A stretch of DNA of 64,000 nt from Candidatus Heimdallarchaeota archaeon (GCA_019058275.1 JAHLVW010000015.1:32001-96000), one strand, 5' to 3'. Counted from the stretch's first letter, positions 10,297 to 21,135 are shown. The notes: generated by a model not told the origin, from the letters alone. Translations and numbers: made by a program.

Positions 10297-10707
10297 TCAA
10301 TCTTTGATTTTTCTTAATGCATCTGCAGCCCATGATCTAACTCTAATGTCATCGTCTTCCAAAGCAATTTTAGTTAATCCAGGTACAGCATTATCTGAAC
10401 CAATATTACCTAATGCAACTGCTGCTTCTAATCGGACACCAACTATTCGATCTGTTTCAATTGTTTCCAATAAGGTCGCAACTGCTTTTTGAGCTTCTTC
10501 ACCTAGATCACCTAAAGCTGCAGCTGCTGATGAACGAACTAATGAATCTCGATCTTCTTTTAGAAGCCTAGCAAGTTCCTCTACAGCTTCTTTAGCTTTT
10601 ATTTCACCTAAACGTGATGCAGCTCGTGATCTCACCAAGCCGTCTCTGTTTTTTAAATTTCTAAGAAGTTGACTAAGCTGCTTCTCATCATAACTCAATA
10701 TTCTCAA
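10297..10707 (-). CDS. HEAT/PBS-lyase repeat protein
   Basis: Four VR..AA..L repeats (VRSRAASRLG, VRSSAAAALG, VRLEAAVALG, VRSWAADAL). Confidence 0.88.
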   Translation of the reverse strand: MRILSYDEKQLSQLLRNLKNRDGLVRSRAASRLGEIKAKEAVEELARLLKEDRDSLVRSSAAAALGDLGEEAQKAVATLLETIETDRIVGVRLEAAVALGNIGSDNAVPGLTKIALEDDDIRVRSWAADALRKIKD

Positions 10708-10905
10708 ACCCTCAGCTAACTATGATAAATATAGTAATAGATTTACTTAAAGAAAAATGTTGTCAGAAGAATTTATATGCCATCGACAAAAATTATCGTG
10801 AAATTCATCTAACTTTAGAAAAAACATCATCAGGTTTGCTATTTGTTTAGTAATGTAAGCTCACTAGAAAAAATAATCATAATATTAAAGAAGAATGAAA
10901 AATGA

Positions 10906-11427
10906 ATGAACAATATGAAAATCTTCGCGATAATTGGATACACAAATTCTGGAAAAACAAAAACAGTAGTTGAAATAATCAAAGAGCTTATTAGAAGAGG
11001 AAAAACAGTAAACACTGTAAAAGCTATTCATATCGAAGGATTTAGCGTTGATACTGAGGGGAAAGATTCATGGAGACATCAGCAAGCTGGCGCAAAAGTA
11101 ACTGCTATAAGATCTGATGTTGAAACTGCTTTGCTTTTTCAAAAGTCCATGAGCGCTAAAGAACTCATTCCATTTTTTAACGCTGATTATCTTATATTTG
11201 AAGGTTTCACAAAAGAGAAAGATGTCCCAAAAATCCTATGTTCTACTAGTTTAGAGGATATTGATGAAAGGTTTAATCAAACTGTTTTTGCAATTTCAGG
11301 TGTGATTAGTAAGACATTAAAGGAATTCAAAAATGTCAAGGTTATTAATGGATTAACTTCAACTAAAGAATTAGTAGATTTAATTGAAAAAAGATCAATT
11401 AAAGCACAAAAATTACTAGATCTTTAA
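10906..11427 (+). CDS. mobB: Molybdopterin-guanine dinucleotide biosynthesis protein B
   Basis: GYTNSGKT, DTEGKDSWRH..AGA, EGF motifs. Confidence 0.88.
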   Translation: MNNMKIFAIIGYTNSGKTKTVVEIIKELIRRGKTVNTVKAIHIEGFSVDTEGKDSWRHQQAGAKVTAIRSDVETALLFQKSMSAKELIPFFNADYLIFEGFTKEKDVPKILCSTSLEDIDERFNQTVFAISGVISKTLKEFKNVKVINGLTSTKELVDLIEKRSIKAQKLLDL

Positions 11428-12237
11428 ACTTTCTTTATAGAAATTTAACAAATCATCTTTTTTTAATATTTCATTAGGTAAACCATATTTCTTTAGTGAT
11501 TTTAACATAGACAAATAATCAGTTTGTATTAATCCAATTTCCTTCAGATGTTCACTGTTTTGGAAAAATTGTACAATTGACACATTGTAAGCAACTTTCC
11601 CTTCTTTAAGTGCAATTATTTTATCAGTTGTTTCAAGAATTAAATCCAAATTATGTGAAACTAAAATTATTAACTTACCTTGTTTTTTCAATTCGTTGAG
11701 ATATTTTACAATCAATAATCTTTGAGTCATATCTATGCCAGAGAATGGCTCGTCTAAAATTATTGCTTGTGGTTCTTGCACAAGAACTGTAGCTAAAGCA
11801 AGTTTTTGTTTTTCACCTCTGCTTAAATTACGAGGATGCATTGTTCTTAACTCATCCATATCAAAGAAGTCTAGAATTTTGTTTACTTGAGATTGTTTCA
11901 CCTCTTTGGATAATTCAAATCTCATTAGACTTAATTCTAATTCCTTTTCAACAGTATTAGTAAAAAGCATTTGATTTGGGTTTTGAAAAACAAAACCAAC
12001 TTTAGTAGCTACATCAGCAATTGATTTATTCTTAATTGATGAACCTTCAATTGATATAGTTCCCTTTTGGGGTTTCAGCATTCCTATTAGTAGTTTAACA
12101 AGAGTTGTTTTTCCTGCACCATTTCTTCCTATTATTCCTACCTGTTCTCCTAGATTGAATGTTAATGAAATATTATCGAATAATGCTTTTCCTTTTCGAT
12201 AATAAAATGACAAGTTTGATAGCTCGATGTAACTCAT
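11416..12237 (-). CDS. ECF/CbiO-type ABC ATPase (A')
   Basis: GRNGAGKT, FQNPNQMLF Q-helix, LSRGEKQ, LDEP, SH. Confidence 0.9.
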   Translation of the reverse strand: MSYIELSNLSFYYRKGKALFDNISLTFNLGEQVGIIGRNGAGKTTLVKLLIGMLKPQKGTISIEGSSIKNKSIADVATKVGFVFQNPNQMLFTNTVEKELELSLMRFELSKEVKQSQVNKILDFFDMDELRTMHPRNLSRGEKQKLALATVLVQEPQAIILDEPFSGIDMTQRLLIVKYLNELKKQGKLIILVSHNLDLILETTDKIIALKEGKVAYNVSIVQFFQNSEHLKEIGLIQTDYLSMLKSLKKYGLPNEILKKDDLLNFYKESLKI

Positions 12238-13073
12238 TTCAACCAGCTCGTAAGAATTTTAATAGCTTCATCATAAGTAGTTGGGATTTTATCTAAAGAA
12301 AAAGCATTTACTTTGAATTCATGAAAAAGGGATGTAAGAGTTGGTGGAACTAAACCATTCCGTTTCAATAATTCAACATCAGTTAGTACTTCAGTTGGCA
12401 AACCATTTGCCATTATCTTTCCATGATTTACTAATATTACTCGATCAACTAGTTTTGAAATGAAGTCCAGATCATGATCTATTAGTATGATTGTCTTTTC
12501 CTCTTTCACTTTTAGATCCTTTAGAATCTTAATGAGTTCTTTCTTACTTGTTGAATCAATCATACTTGTGCTTTCATCAAGAACCAAAATATCTGGTTTC
12601 ATTGCTAGTATTGAAGCCAATATTACTCTTTGTTTTTCACCTTCACTCAAGTTAGAAGTTGATCTTTCACGTAAATGACTTATTCCAAGTTTTTCTAAAT
12701 AGGCAGTTATTCTATTTTCCATTTCTTCGACAGGTACCCCAAGATTTTCCATACCAAAAGCAATTTCTGATTCTACATAAGCTGAAGCAATCTGGAAACT
12801 TGGTTCTTGTAACATATAGCCTATTGTCTCACTCATTTGTTCAACAGGAATTTGGGTAGCATCCTTTCCATCAACAATGACTGATCCTTGAAATGATCCT
12901 TTAAAATGATGAGGTATTAAACCATTAAACAAATAACAGATAGTACTTTTTCCTGAACCAGTAGAACCAATTATTCCTACAATCTCTCCTTTTGAAATAT
13001 TTAATGAAAAATCTTCTAAGATATGTGTAGGGAAATTTAGATACTTAAAATAGACATCTTTTATTTCTATCAT
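12234..13073 (-). CDS. ECF/CbiO-type ABC ATPase (A)
   Basis: GSTGSGKST, EIAFGMENLG, LSEGEKQR, LDE; overlaps its partner ATPase gene by 4 nt. Confidence 0.9.
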   Translation of the reverse strand: MIEIKDVYFKYLNFPTHILEDFSLNISKGEIVGIIGSTGSGKSTICYLFNGLIPHHFKGSFQGSVIVDGKDATQIPVEQMSETIGYMLQEPSFQIASAYVESEIAFGMENLGVPVEEMENRITAYLEKLGISHLRERSTSNLSEGEKQRVILASILAMKPDILVLDESTSMIDSTSKKELIKILKDLKVKEEKTIILIDHDLDFISKLVDRVILVNHGKIMANGLPTEVLTDVELLKRNGLVPPTLTSLFHEFKVNAFSLDKIPTTYDEAIKILTSWLK

Positions 13074-13134
13074 TAAGGTTCATCCAATTTTTAACGATAG
13101 CGTTTAAAAAAATTGTTAGAAGGTAGATTCAAAA

Positions 13135-14316
13135 TTATGAATCCTTTTCCTTCATTTGTATGCAAATTTTTTCTGCCAAAACTGTGTAAACTTTTGCAGC
13201 CTTAATAATCTGGTCCATTGGAATGTGTTCTAAAGATGTATGAGCAAATTTCTCATCACCAGGACCAAAACCAACAACTGGTATGTTAACGTCAAAAATT
13301 TCAGAAATATTAACACCACTCATCCATTGACTAATTTTCGCACCTTTCCCAATTGCTAGATCCTTTGCTGCTTCAATTACAGAAATAATTTCTGATTTGG
13401 AATTTACATCTAATGGTTCAAAGGCACGCTTCAGATTTATAGCTACATCTTGCTCTTTGAAATTATTCTTTTTCAGAATTTCAATAAAGCTATTTTTGAT
13501 TTCATCAGGATTTTCACCTTTGAAAAATTGTCTTACAAGCAAAGCATTGCATTGATTTGGGATGGAGTGAGATTCACCAATAGGAGTAGAAGAAACTGAG
13601 CTAATTATCATATTGGCTTTTCCAAATCGCTTATCCTCTGGTAGAACTACATTTTGTTGCAAACAATCAATGATTTTGTTCATCTTCAGAATGGCATTTT
13701 CGCCATGTTTTGGATTACCAATATTAGCCATTTTTCCAGTAGCTACAAGTTCATACGTTGCTTGTCCTGGATGAGCAGTATTTATTTGGAGATTCGTTGG
13801 TGCACATGAAACTATGAAATGTGGTTCGATTTCAAATTTCTTTAACAAATTTTTCAAACCAGTTGAATTGCCATTTTTTGTACTTGCTAAACCTACAACG
13901 ACAAAATTTCCTTTTAATCTTGCACGAGCTCTTTTTAAAGCACTACCAGCACTTATCATCGCTGCAAGTGCCCCTTTCATATCACATGAACCTCGTCCTG
14001 TTATGACTTTCCCTCTTGTTCCGAATTTTGACCCATCAACTTCTTGCGGATCAAAAGCACCAACCATTTCACCAGGTGGAACAGTATCTATATGACCAAC
14101 AAGTACAAGTGTTTTGCCTTTGCCAATTCCAGGCATAACTCCAACTATGTTATTGTGCTCATCATATTGAACAAGATTGAAACCTGCTTTTTTCATTTCA
14201 ATGGCCATAAGAGTTGCGAGCTTTTTCTCATTTCCACTTGGACTTTGGTTTTTTATCAAACGTTTAGCTAAATCGGTTACTACCCGACCATCCACATACT
14301 CCAATGATTTGGACAT
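13135..14316 (-). CDS. M20/ArgE-DapE family metallohydrolase homolog (degenerate metal site)
   Basis: SPSGNE, GHIDTVP, GRGSCDMKG, GFGPG..AHT..E. Confidence 0.85.
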   Translation of the reverse strand: MSKSLEYVDGRVVTDLAKRLIKNQSPSGNEKKLATLMAIEMKKAGFNLVQYDEHNNIVGVMPGIGKGKTLVLVGHIDTVPPGEMVGAFDPQEVDGSKFGTRGKVITGRGSCDMKGALAAMISAGSALKRARARLKGNFVVVGLASTKNGNSTGLKNLLKKFEIEPHFIVSCAPTNLQINTAHPGQATYELVATGKMANIGNPKHGENAILKMNKIIDCLQQNVVLPEDKRFGKANMIISSVSSTPIGESHSIPNQCNALLVRQFFKGENPDEIKNSFIEILKKNNFKEQDVAINLKRAFEPLDVNSKSEIISVIEAAKDLAIGKGAKISQWMSGVNISEIFDVNIPVVGFGPGDEKFAHTSLEHIPMDQIIKAAKVYTVLAEKICIQMKEKDS

Positions 14317-14435
14317 GACATTTTTCTCCAGTTTACATTAAATGAAAATTACCACTCACATTTTTCCTAGTAATTCTTCTCATCTATTAATATTAAATAT
14401 CTCTATGAAAAAAGTTTTTCAACAAATTAAGTTTT

Positions 14436-15164
14436 TTAATCTAAAGATAATGTTACTCGTTCTTTACCTTTACCCATACTGCGCCTTTTTATCACTTTAA
14501 TTTTACCAATTTCAGAGGTATTTGTTACATGTGTTCCTGCACAAGATGCGTGATCATAGTCATTCACAGATATTACTCTAAATGTCTTTACTGAGGGTGG
14601 AACCATTGCAATATAATCTGTTTGATATCCTTTCTCTTCTAAGAATTTAATTGCATCTTCACGAGGTAGAAAATTAATCTTCACAGGAAGATTCTTGTTA
14701 ATTACATCATTAACTCCTTTTTCTATTTGTTTAAGTTGTTCTTCAGTAAGAGCTTCTTGTAAATTAAAATCAGCTCTACCATTGCGAGTTGAGATATTAT
14801 TACCTACACATTCAGAGTTAAAATGTGATTTCATGTATGTGCTTAAGACATGTATTGCAGTGTGATAACGCATGTGTGTAAATCTACGGTCCCAATCAAG
14901 TGCACATTTTACTGATGTGCTGATTTCTGGTATTTGATCAATTTCAAATATGAAATGTTTTACTTCCCCAGATTCTCTTCGAACTTTAGAAACAGTTAGA
15001 ATTTTATCATTGTAAGATAATGTTCCGGTATCACATTCTTGTCCCCCACCTTCAGGATAGAATGCAGTCTGATTTAAAACTACATAATTTTCTCCTTTTG
15101 AGATAATTTTCGCATCAAAAGAACGAATGTAATTATCTTCCATGTATAACATAGTCGTTTGCAT
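14436..15164 (-). CDS. alaXM: AlaX-M trans-editing misacylated-tRNA hydrolase
   Basis: TAFYPEGGGQ..D.G, HTAIH, CAGTH zinc motifs. Confidence 0.9.
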   Translation of the reverse strand: MQTTMLYMEDNYIRSFDAKIISKGENYVVLNQTAFYPEGGGQECDTGTLSYNDKILTVSKVRRESGEVKHFIFEIDQIPEISTSVKCALDWDRRFTHMRYHTAIHVLSTYMKSHFNSECVGNNISTRNGRADFNLQEALTEEQLKQIEKGVNDVINKNLPVKINFLPREDAIKFLEEKGYQTDYIAMVPPSVKTFRVISVNDYDHASCAGTHVTNTSEIGKIKVIKRRSMGKGKERVTLSLD

Positions 15165-15309
15165 AGGCTCACAATCACGTTTTATTGTAGTTGATATACA
15201 TTAACAACAGAGTTCATAATTTTTACTCGTGTTTAAAAAATAATGTAAGAGCTTATCCTACATCACTGTTCTAAACTAATTCAGACTTCCACTATAATCT
15301 ATATTTTTA

Positions 15310-16611
15310 CTAAATCCTTTCAAACATTTCATTAAATTCCCATTCAGTTACCTTTGTTGTGTTGGGATTTTTGACAGTTTTCGTGTATGATTCCCATTCC
15401 ATTTGTTTAGTTCTATTGTATATTTCCATGAATTGAGGTCCTAAAAAGTCACAAAGGTATTTGTCTGAATTTAATGCTGCTACAGCTTCTTTTAGAGTTC
15501 TAGGTGCTCTTACGATCTTCATTTCTTTGCGTTTTTCTTCAGTTAATTTATCGACATTCAATATTGTTCCTTCTATTGGCTCTATCTGATTTTTAACACC
15601 ATCCAAACCAGAAGCTAGTAATAGACCTAGTAATAGGTAAATATTGGCAGATGTATCTGCTCCTCTATATTCGATTCTTGCTGATTTTTCATATCCCGGT
15701 ACACGTATCAATGCAGTTCTGTTAGACATTCCCCATGAGATATAGACAGGAGCTTCATGCTCTGGTACTAGTCTTTTGTAGGAATTTACTGTTGGATTAA
15801 AAATAGCTGTTAATCCTTGTGCATGTTTTATTAACCCACCAACAAAGAATCTCAAAGTTTCTGATGGAACATTGCCTTCTGCACTGAACAGATTTTTACC
15901 ATCTTTGAAAAGCATATTATGTATATGCAAACCATTTCCTGCTTCTGAAGTGTAAGGTTTTGGCATAAAACTAGCAACAAGTCCAGCATTCCAAGATACC
16001 ATTCTAATTATTTGTTTTACAGTTTGTACCATATCTGCTGCAACTAAAACATCAGTCATAACAAATTCTATTTCTTGTTGAGAGGGACCAACTTCATGAT
16101 GTAGCATTTTTGGGTAAATATTAAAATTCATCATGAAATCTGTCATCATTCTACGCAGCTCGATCTCAGAATCCAAGGGAGGTACACACATGTAACCGCC
16201 AATATCTGCTGGTTCGCCATCTGGATTCATAACATACCATTCAATTTCGGGTCTTACTTTAAATTCGCAATTAAAATCCATTTTAGCAAGATTAATCGCT
16301 CGTTTCAGAATACTACGAGGATCACTTTGCAATGGTTGACCATTTGTATCAGTTATATCACAAATTACTCTTGCGATTCTATTGTCCCAAGGGATTACAT
16401 GAAGAGTTGATATGTCAGGACTTATACGCATATCACTTTGTTCGGTTGCGAGAAAACCAACAGAAGATCCATCAATACCTAATCCTTCTTCAAGATACTT
16501 TTTAGCGAATTTTTTAGGAACTTCTACTGCTTTCAATTCGCCAGAAATATTTGTGAATTGAAATTGAACATAATCAATTTCTGAAAGAACCTTAGCTACT
16601 TTTTGCTCCAA
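15310..16611 (-). CDS. glnA: Glutamine synthetase type I family
   Basis: DGSS, HHEVGPSQQE, FMPKP, GNGLHIH, NSYKRLVP..EAP, NRTALIRVP, IEYR. Confidence 0.92.
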   Translation of the reverse strand: MEQKVAKVLSEIDYVQFQFTNISGELKAVEVPKKFAKKYLEEGLGIDGSSVGFLATEQSDMRISPDISTLHVIPWDNRIARVICDITDTNGQPLQSDPRSILKRAINLAKMDFNCEFKVRPEIEWYVMNPDGEPADIGGYMCVPPLDSEIELRRMMTDFMMNFNIYPKMLHHEVGPSQQEIEFVMTDVLVAADMVQTVKQIIRMVSWNAGLVASFMPKPYTSEAGNGLHIHNMLFKDGKNLFSAEGNVPSETLRFFVGGLIKHAQGLTAIFNPTVNSYKRLVPEHEAPVYISWGMSNRTALIRVPGYEKSARIEYRGADTSANIYLLLGLLLASGLDGVKNQIEPIEGTILNVDKLTEEKRKEMKIVRAPRTLKEAVAALNSDKYLCDFLGPQFMEIYNRTKQMEWESYTKTVKNPNTTKVTEWEFNEMFERI

Positions 16612-16851
16612 TCTTTTTCACTCCAAATAGGAATTGTTAATTTATATTGGAATTAATGAACAGAATTTCCTTTAAATTAAAGCTTTTGATACACTCACTA
16701 TTTTATCTGATATAAAATTAGATATCCGAAAATATTGGACTTAAAAGAATGTTTATTTATTTTATTCCAATTAAAACAGATGTTAGTAAAATTACTAGAC
16801 CTAATTTTGAGTGTGGTAATTTTTCCAATCAATTTTAAGTAAGGGATTCAT

Positions 16852-18738
16852 TTGAAGAATTGTAAGTTATTGAATTTTGTAATGATTATTGCCTTGTTTA
16901 TAGCTCCTATTTCTTTCCAAATAATTACAGAAAAACCCTTAACTAGTATCTCTAAACATAGAGAATCATCATCTTTTACTTTAAATCCAACAGCATATAC
17001 AAAAACTGAGGAGCTAAAACTAAAAATAGAATTCATTGGTTTTAATCGAAATCTAATCGATGAAATTTCTATTGAAAATCAATTAATATCAAATTTTCAA
17101 TTTTCACAAGCTGTACCACAAGCTGAAATTAATTTTAATTTTGAATTTAATCATATTTCAAATGCAGATAAAACTGAATTAGAAAATTATATTAATTCAA
17201 CAGCTGTAAATGGTACTGGAACAGGGTATAAATTAAATAAAACATTGTTACTAGAAGATTTAATCTCGGGTAATCGATCAGATGTTTTCATTCCTAGAGA
17301 TGGCATGTCAATTGATGCTGAGCTAATAAATGAGTATATTAATGAGCACTTATACCAAGAACCAGTCAATGATCCAGGTTATACATTTTATATTATGAAT
17401 TTTTCACTGTTTGATTCTCCTGATCATTCCCTTGAACATTGGTATGAAACTACAGGAGTTGGATTGGATTCAAATCGGACAATAACCTGGTGGTATTCTG
17501 GTTACAAGGGCTTAGAAAAGAGAGCAGCAATGGGTTGGGGTGGTAAATACCGTTTTTGTTATTTAGATCTATCAGCAAGGTCTTGGTATTTGGATTATGT
17601 TAGAACAGCTTGGAGTCAATATGGTATTGGTTCTTATAGCTTTTATGATTATCCAGATCTTGACAACTTATCTCAAACCGTTGATATTACTACTCCAGAT
17701 GGACAAGATGTGTTAACGGAATACTTGATTGATTGGATAAATTCCTACATTGGTAATGTTTTATCAGGACCTGTTTACAATGACTTGCCCATTGGAAGGT
17801 CTGTTTCTCTACAAGTTATGGTTATTAATAATTTAACAATTAACGGTTTTGATGAACGAGATCTGAAATGGTGTATATCAAAGAATAGGATAATTGATCA
17901 ATTGGTTCTTGACTTCCCTTGGATAAATTGGTTGATTGATATTGAATGGCTGGAACTAACGGACTATCCTGAATATTTCTATTATCTTCAAGAAAATATT
18001 GAAGAAGATGTTAATGGAAAATATATTGAGGTTTCTGATGGTTTCTTCTTTGAATTAGAAGATGATCTAATAACAAATTTCAATTTAAGCAGAGCAGAAA
18101 TTGTTCTTCCTTGTTACTTTTTCATAACAAATGACGTAAGCTTCAGATGGAATGGAGTATCATTTGCAGGATTAGGGGGAATGAGTTGGGAAATTTTGTT
18201 AGGAGATCAATATAGCTTATTTGAAGATGGAAATACATCTTTACCAAAAAGAGATATGTCAACAGTAATGATTCATGAACTTGGTCATTCTTTAGGATTA
18301 CCACATCCACATAGCAGTACTTTTGGTTGGGGTTCATCATTCATAAATGAAGTAATGAGTTATTTCTCTACTTCACCTAGCTTTAGTACCTTTTACAAAG
18401 ATGCAATTGGTAGAGCCCATTCAGATGCACATTATATATACGCATTGGAAGAACTAAATACAACCATGGAACGCTACGAATATGAAGGAAGACCCATCGA
18501 ATTAAATGATTTATTGGATGAAATTGACAATACACTTGATTCAATATCACTTTATTATCAGCAAATGGACTACAATGCTTCTGCTTCACTTGGAATACAT
18601 GTTAGAAGTCTAATTCAGGATACTATGGACTATTTTCAAGAAACAGGGAATTTTGGTTACTTGGGTTTCCTTGCTTTACTGATTATCCCTGTGGTCATCA
18701 TAGCTGTTTTAGTAAATAGAAAAAGAGCGATCAAATGA
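16852..18738 (+). CDS. Secreted, membrane-anchored zinc metalloprotease (metzincin-like)
   Basis: N-terminal signal peptide; HELGHSLGLPH followed by VMSY Met-turn; C-terminal TM and basic tail. Confidence 0.8.
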   Translation: MKNCKLLNFVMIIALFIAPISFQIITEKPLTSISKHRESSSFTLNPTAYTKTEELKLKIEFIGFNRNLIDEISIENQLISNFQFSQAVPQAEINFNFEFNHISNADKTELENYINSTAVNGTGTGYKLNKTLLLEDLISGNRSDVFIPRDGMSIDAELINEYINEHLYQEPVNDPGYTFYIMNFSLFDSPDHSLEHWYETTGVGLDSNRTITWWYSGYKGLEKRAAMGWGGKYRFCYLDLSARSWYLDYVRTAWSQYGIGSYSFYDYPDLDNLSQTVDITTPDGQDVLTEYLIDWINSYIGNVLSGPVYNDLPIGRSVSLQVMVINNLTINGFDERDLKWCISKNRIIDQLVLDFPWINWLIDIEWLELTDYPEYFYYLQENIEEDVNGKYIEVSDGFFFELEDDLITNFNLSRAEIVLPCYFFITNDVSFRWNGVSFAGLGGMSWEILLGDQYSLFEDGNTSLPKRDMSTVMIHELGHSLGLPHPHSSTFGWGSSFINEVMSYFSTSPSFSTFYKDAIGRAHSDAHYIYALEELNTTMERYEYEGRPIELNDLLDEIDNTLDSISLYYQQMDYNASASLGIHVRSLIQDTMDYFQETGNFGYLGFLALLIIPVVIIAVLVNRKRAIK

Positions 18739-18855
18739 TAATTTTTTACACCTTAACTTTAAGGTATTCCGTTTCTCTTTTCACCCAGATCTAAGAAAAC
18801 TTTATTTAAGAGTGCATTATCACTTGAAATTACAAATTTGGAGGTGCTAGTTAAG

Positions 18856-18927
18856 ATGATAGACATGGCTATTATTTGTTTAAAAAATGGTTTTCAACTA
18901 AGCATCTCAATAGAAGATTCATTATAA
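18856..18927 (+). CDS. Putative 23-aa leader peptide upstream of RIO kinase
   Basis: Perfect SD GGAGGTG at 18840-18846, ATG at 18856, MIDMAIICLKNGFQLSISIEDSL*. Confidence 0.45.
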   Translation: MIDMAIICLKNGFQLSISIEDSL

Positions 18928-19139
18928 CACAGATAGTTCTTGTGTTTGGTAATTTTTTTCTGTTGTAATGACTTTAGAAAAAGACTTGTTTTCAAACATA
19001 TTTGCTAATCAAAGTCTTATTGGATTTTTATTGAAAACCCAGTGCAATCTAGGTCAAAAAATATCTGAATCTGATAAGTGTTGAAGATTTCGCCTGAATC
19101 TTCTTTGCTAATACCAATTAAAAAAAGAGGAATAAAAAA

Positions 19140-20213
19140 TTGACACAAGAAAAGAAAAAAGCACAAATTAAAGTGTATTACAAGAATAATAAAAAGAAAA
19201 GTTTGTCTCGAGAAGAATCAAAGCTCGGTGAAGCTGAATCAATATCAGATTCAAATGAATCCGAATTAAATGAGGAGCAGCTAAGAGTTGAAGATCTAGA
19301 GAGTCATGAACGCATTAAAGTTCGACAGAAAATAAAAGGTGTAAAGAGAGCCATTCGCACAGTTGAACGTGATCCTAAAGAAATGATAACAAAATATGAC
19401 AGAAAGACATTTGATCCTGGTTTTATGCAAATGCATACAAAGGAAATCACTTACAAACTACTAAGAGAGGAACTCAAAAAAACAGGTCTAATTAGTGATT
19501 TAGTCAAAGAGGTTAACGCAGGAAAAGAAGCCACAATCTTCATTGCACATTTACAAGGAGCATCCCTTATAATCAAATCTTTCAGGCATCAATTGACTTG
19601 TCATAGACAATCTAAAGGAAATCCACAGCAAATTGCTACCTCTATTGCTAGTAGAGAATACTATAGACTTACTAAAGCATATAAAGCTGGAATGCGAGTA
19701 CCTACACCAGCGAGACAGATTAACAATACCATTGCTATGAGCTTCATTGGAGAAGGGTGGGAACCAGCACCACAACTTCGAAATGTCACATTAGAAAACC
19801 CAGAAGTGGTTTTGGATGAGATTATAGAACAATTAAGAATAATGTATAGAAAAGCACAATTGATTCATGGAGATCTTTCTGAATACAATATTTTAGTTCA
19901 CCAAGGAAAACCTGTGATAATAGATTTCCCACAAGCAATAGACATAAGCCTAGTAGTTTCAAGATATATGGAAGTAAGAAAACGAAACCATCAAGTATTA
20001 CAAAAAGATATTCAAACGATTTGTAATTTCTTTGAGAAAGAATACAATCTCACTTTTGACTTCAATGAAGTATATGATTACATCGCAGGAAAAGATGCTA
20101 AATTCGAGAAAGTCGATTATTCAATAGAAGAAATTGAAGAAATGATAGGATTACAAAGATCTAATATAGAAATTCGAGACAAAACGATACATCTGGATAG
20201 CTACCAATATTAG
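19140..20213 (+). CDS. RIO family atypical Ser/Thr kinase/ATPase
   Basis: AGKEATIF, HGDLSEYNIL, IDFPQA motifs. Confidence 0.92.
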   Translation: MTQEKKKAQIKVYYKNNKKKSLSREESKLGEAESISDSNESELNEEQLRVEDLESHERIKVRQKIKGVKRAIRTVERDPKEMITKYDRKTFDPGFMQMHTKEITYKLLREELKKTGLISDLVKEVNAGKEATIFIAHLQGASLIIKSFRHQLTCHRQSKGNPQQIATSIASREYYRLTKAYKAGMRVPTPARQINNTIAMSFIGEGWEPAPQLRNVTLENPEVVLDEIIEQLRIMYRKAQLIHGDLSEYNILVHQGKPVIIDFPQAIDISLVVSRYMEVRKRNHQVLQKDIQTICNFFEKEYNLTFDFNEVYDYIAGKDAKFEKVDYSIEEIEEMIGLQRSNIEIRDKTIHLDSYQY

Positions 20214-20232
20214 TTGGTAGTTGTTCATTTTT

Positions 20233-21135
20233 CTAAAACCAGCTATCAAGTTTACTTTGATTAGTTGAGCTGGTGTTTGTATAAGATGATTTATACTCGT
20301 GTAAATTATATTTTTGACGTAATTTTGTTAGCTTTTTGTAAATACTATCTTTATAGCTCTTCGGTGGAGAACGACCCTTATAATAATCTTTGAAATTTGG
20401 TAAAAGCTTCGGATGAACCATTTCTATGAATTCTAGAAATCGTTTTTTAGGTGAGCTTGTTAAATACATTATACCAGGAATAACATATTTGGGTTTAACC
20501 TTACTAATTTCGCTAAATAACTCCTCCAAGTCTTCATCAGAATCATTCAGAAAGGGGATTATTGGCATTAATAATATGCCAACATTTATGCTAAAAGAAC
20601 TCAGTTCTTCAGCAAGTTTTAGTCGTCCTTGAGTTGAAGTTGTTCTCGGTTCTATCTGTTTTCTAATTTGATCATTGATTGAAGAAATGGAAATTACTAC
20701 ATCAACATAAGTTTCCTTTGACATTTCAGTTATGATATCAATGTCTCGAGATATCAAATTAGATTTTGTAGCTATTGTAAGAGGTACTTTGTATCTACTA
20801 AATTCCTTTAACATTTCTCGTGTTATCTGGTTTTTTTTTTTAATAGGTTGATATGGATCGCAAATTGATCCCAAATTAACTAATTCCTTTTTCCATTTTG
20901 GATTTGATAATTCTTTTCTCAATATTTGTGCTGCATTTTTCTTAACAATAATAGTTGTTTCAAAATCACTTTCTGGGTCAAGATTAAGATATCTATGAGT
21001 ATATCTAGCATAACAATAGATACATGAGTGTAAGCATCCTCGATATGGATTAGCTCCCTAATTAAATGGTAATCTCGGACTATCGATTTTATGTAGGATG
21101 CCTTTGCTATTGTGCTCAATATAAGTTATTTTCAA
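20233..21135 (-). pseudogene. Radical SAM protein (SplB-like/Rv2578c family) with an in-frame TAG at codon 26
   Basis: From TTG at 21135: MKITYIEHNSKGILHKIDSPRLPFN*GANPYRGCLHSCIYCYAR, in frame with ORF 20233..20922 (DPYQP, TKS, IEPR); TAG at 21060-21058. Confidence 0.85.

Noticed and set aside
21058-21060. Pyrrolysine or genome-wide stop recoding
   Set aside because: TAG, TGA and TAA all terminate conserved genes here; the codon aligns to a likely Trp; no pyl genes in the window
20919-21119. 66-aa ORF taken as the N-terminal half of a frameshifted gene
   Set aside because: Wrong frame; the real N-terminus is in frame and interrupted by TAG
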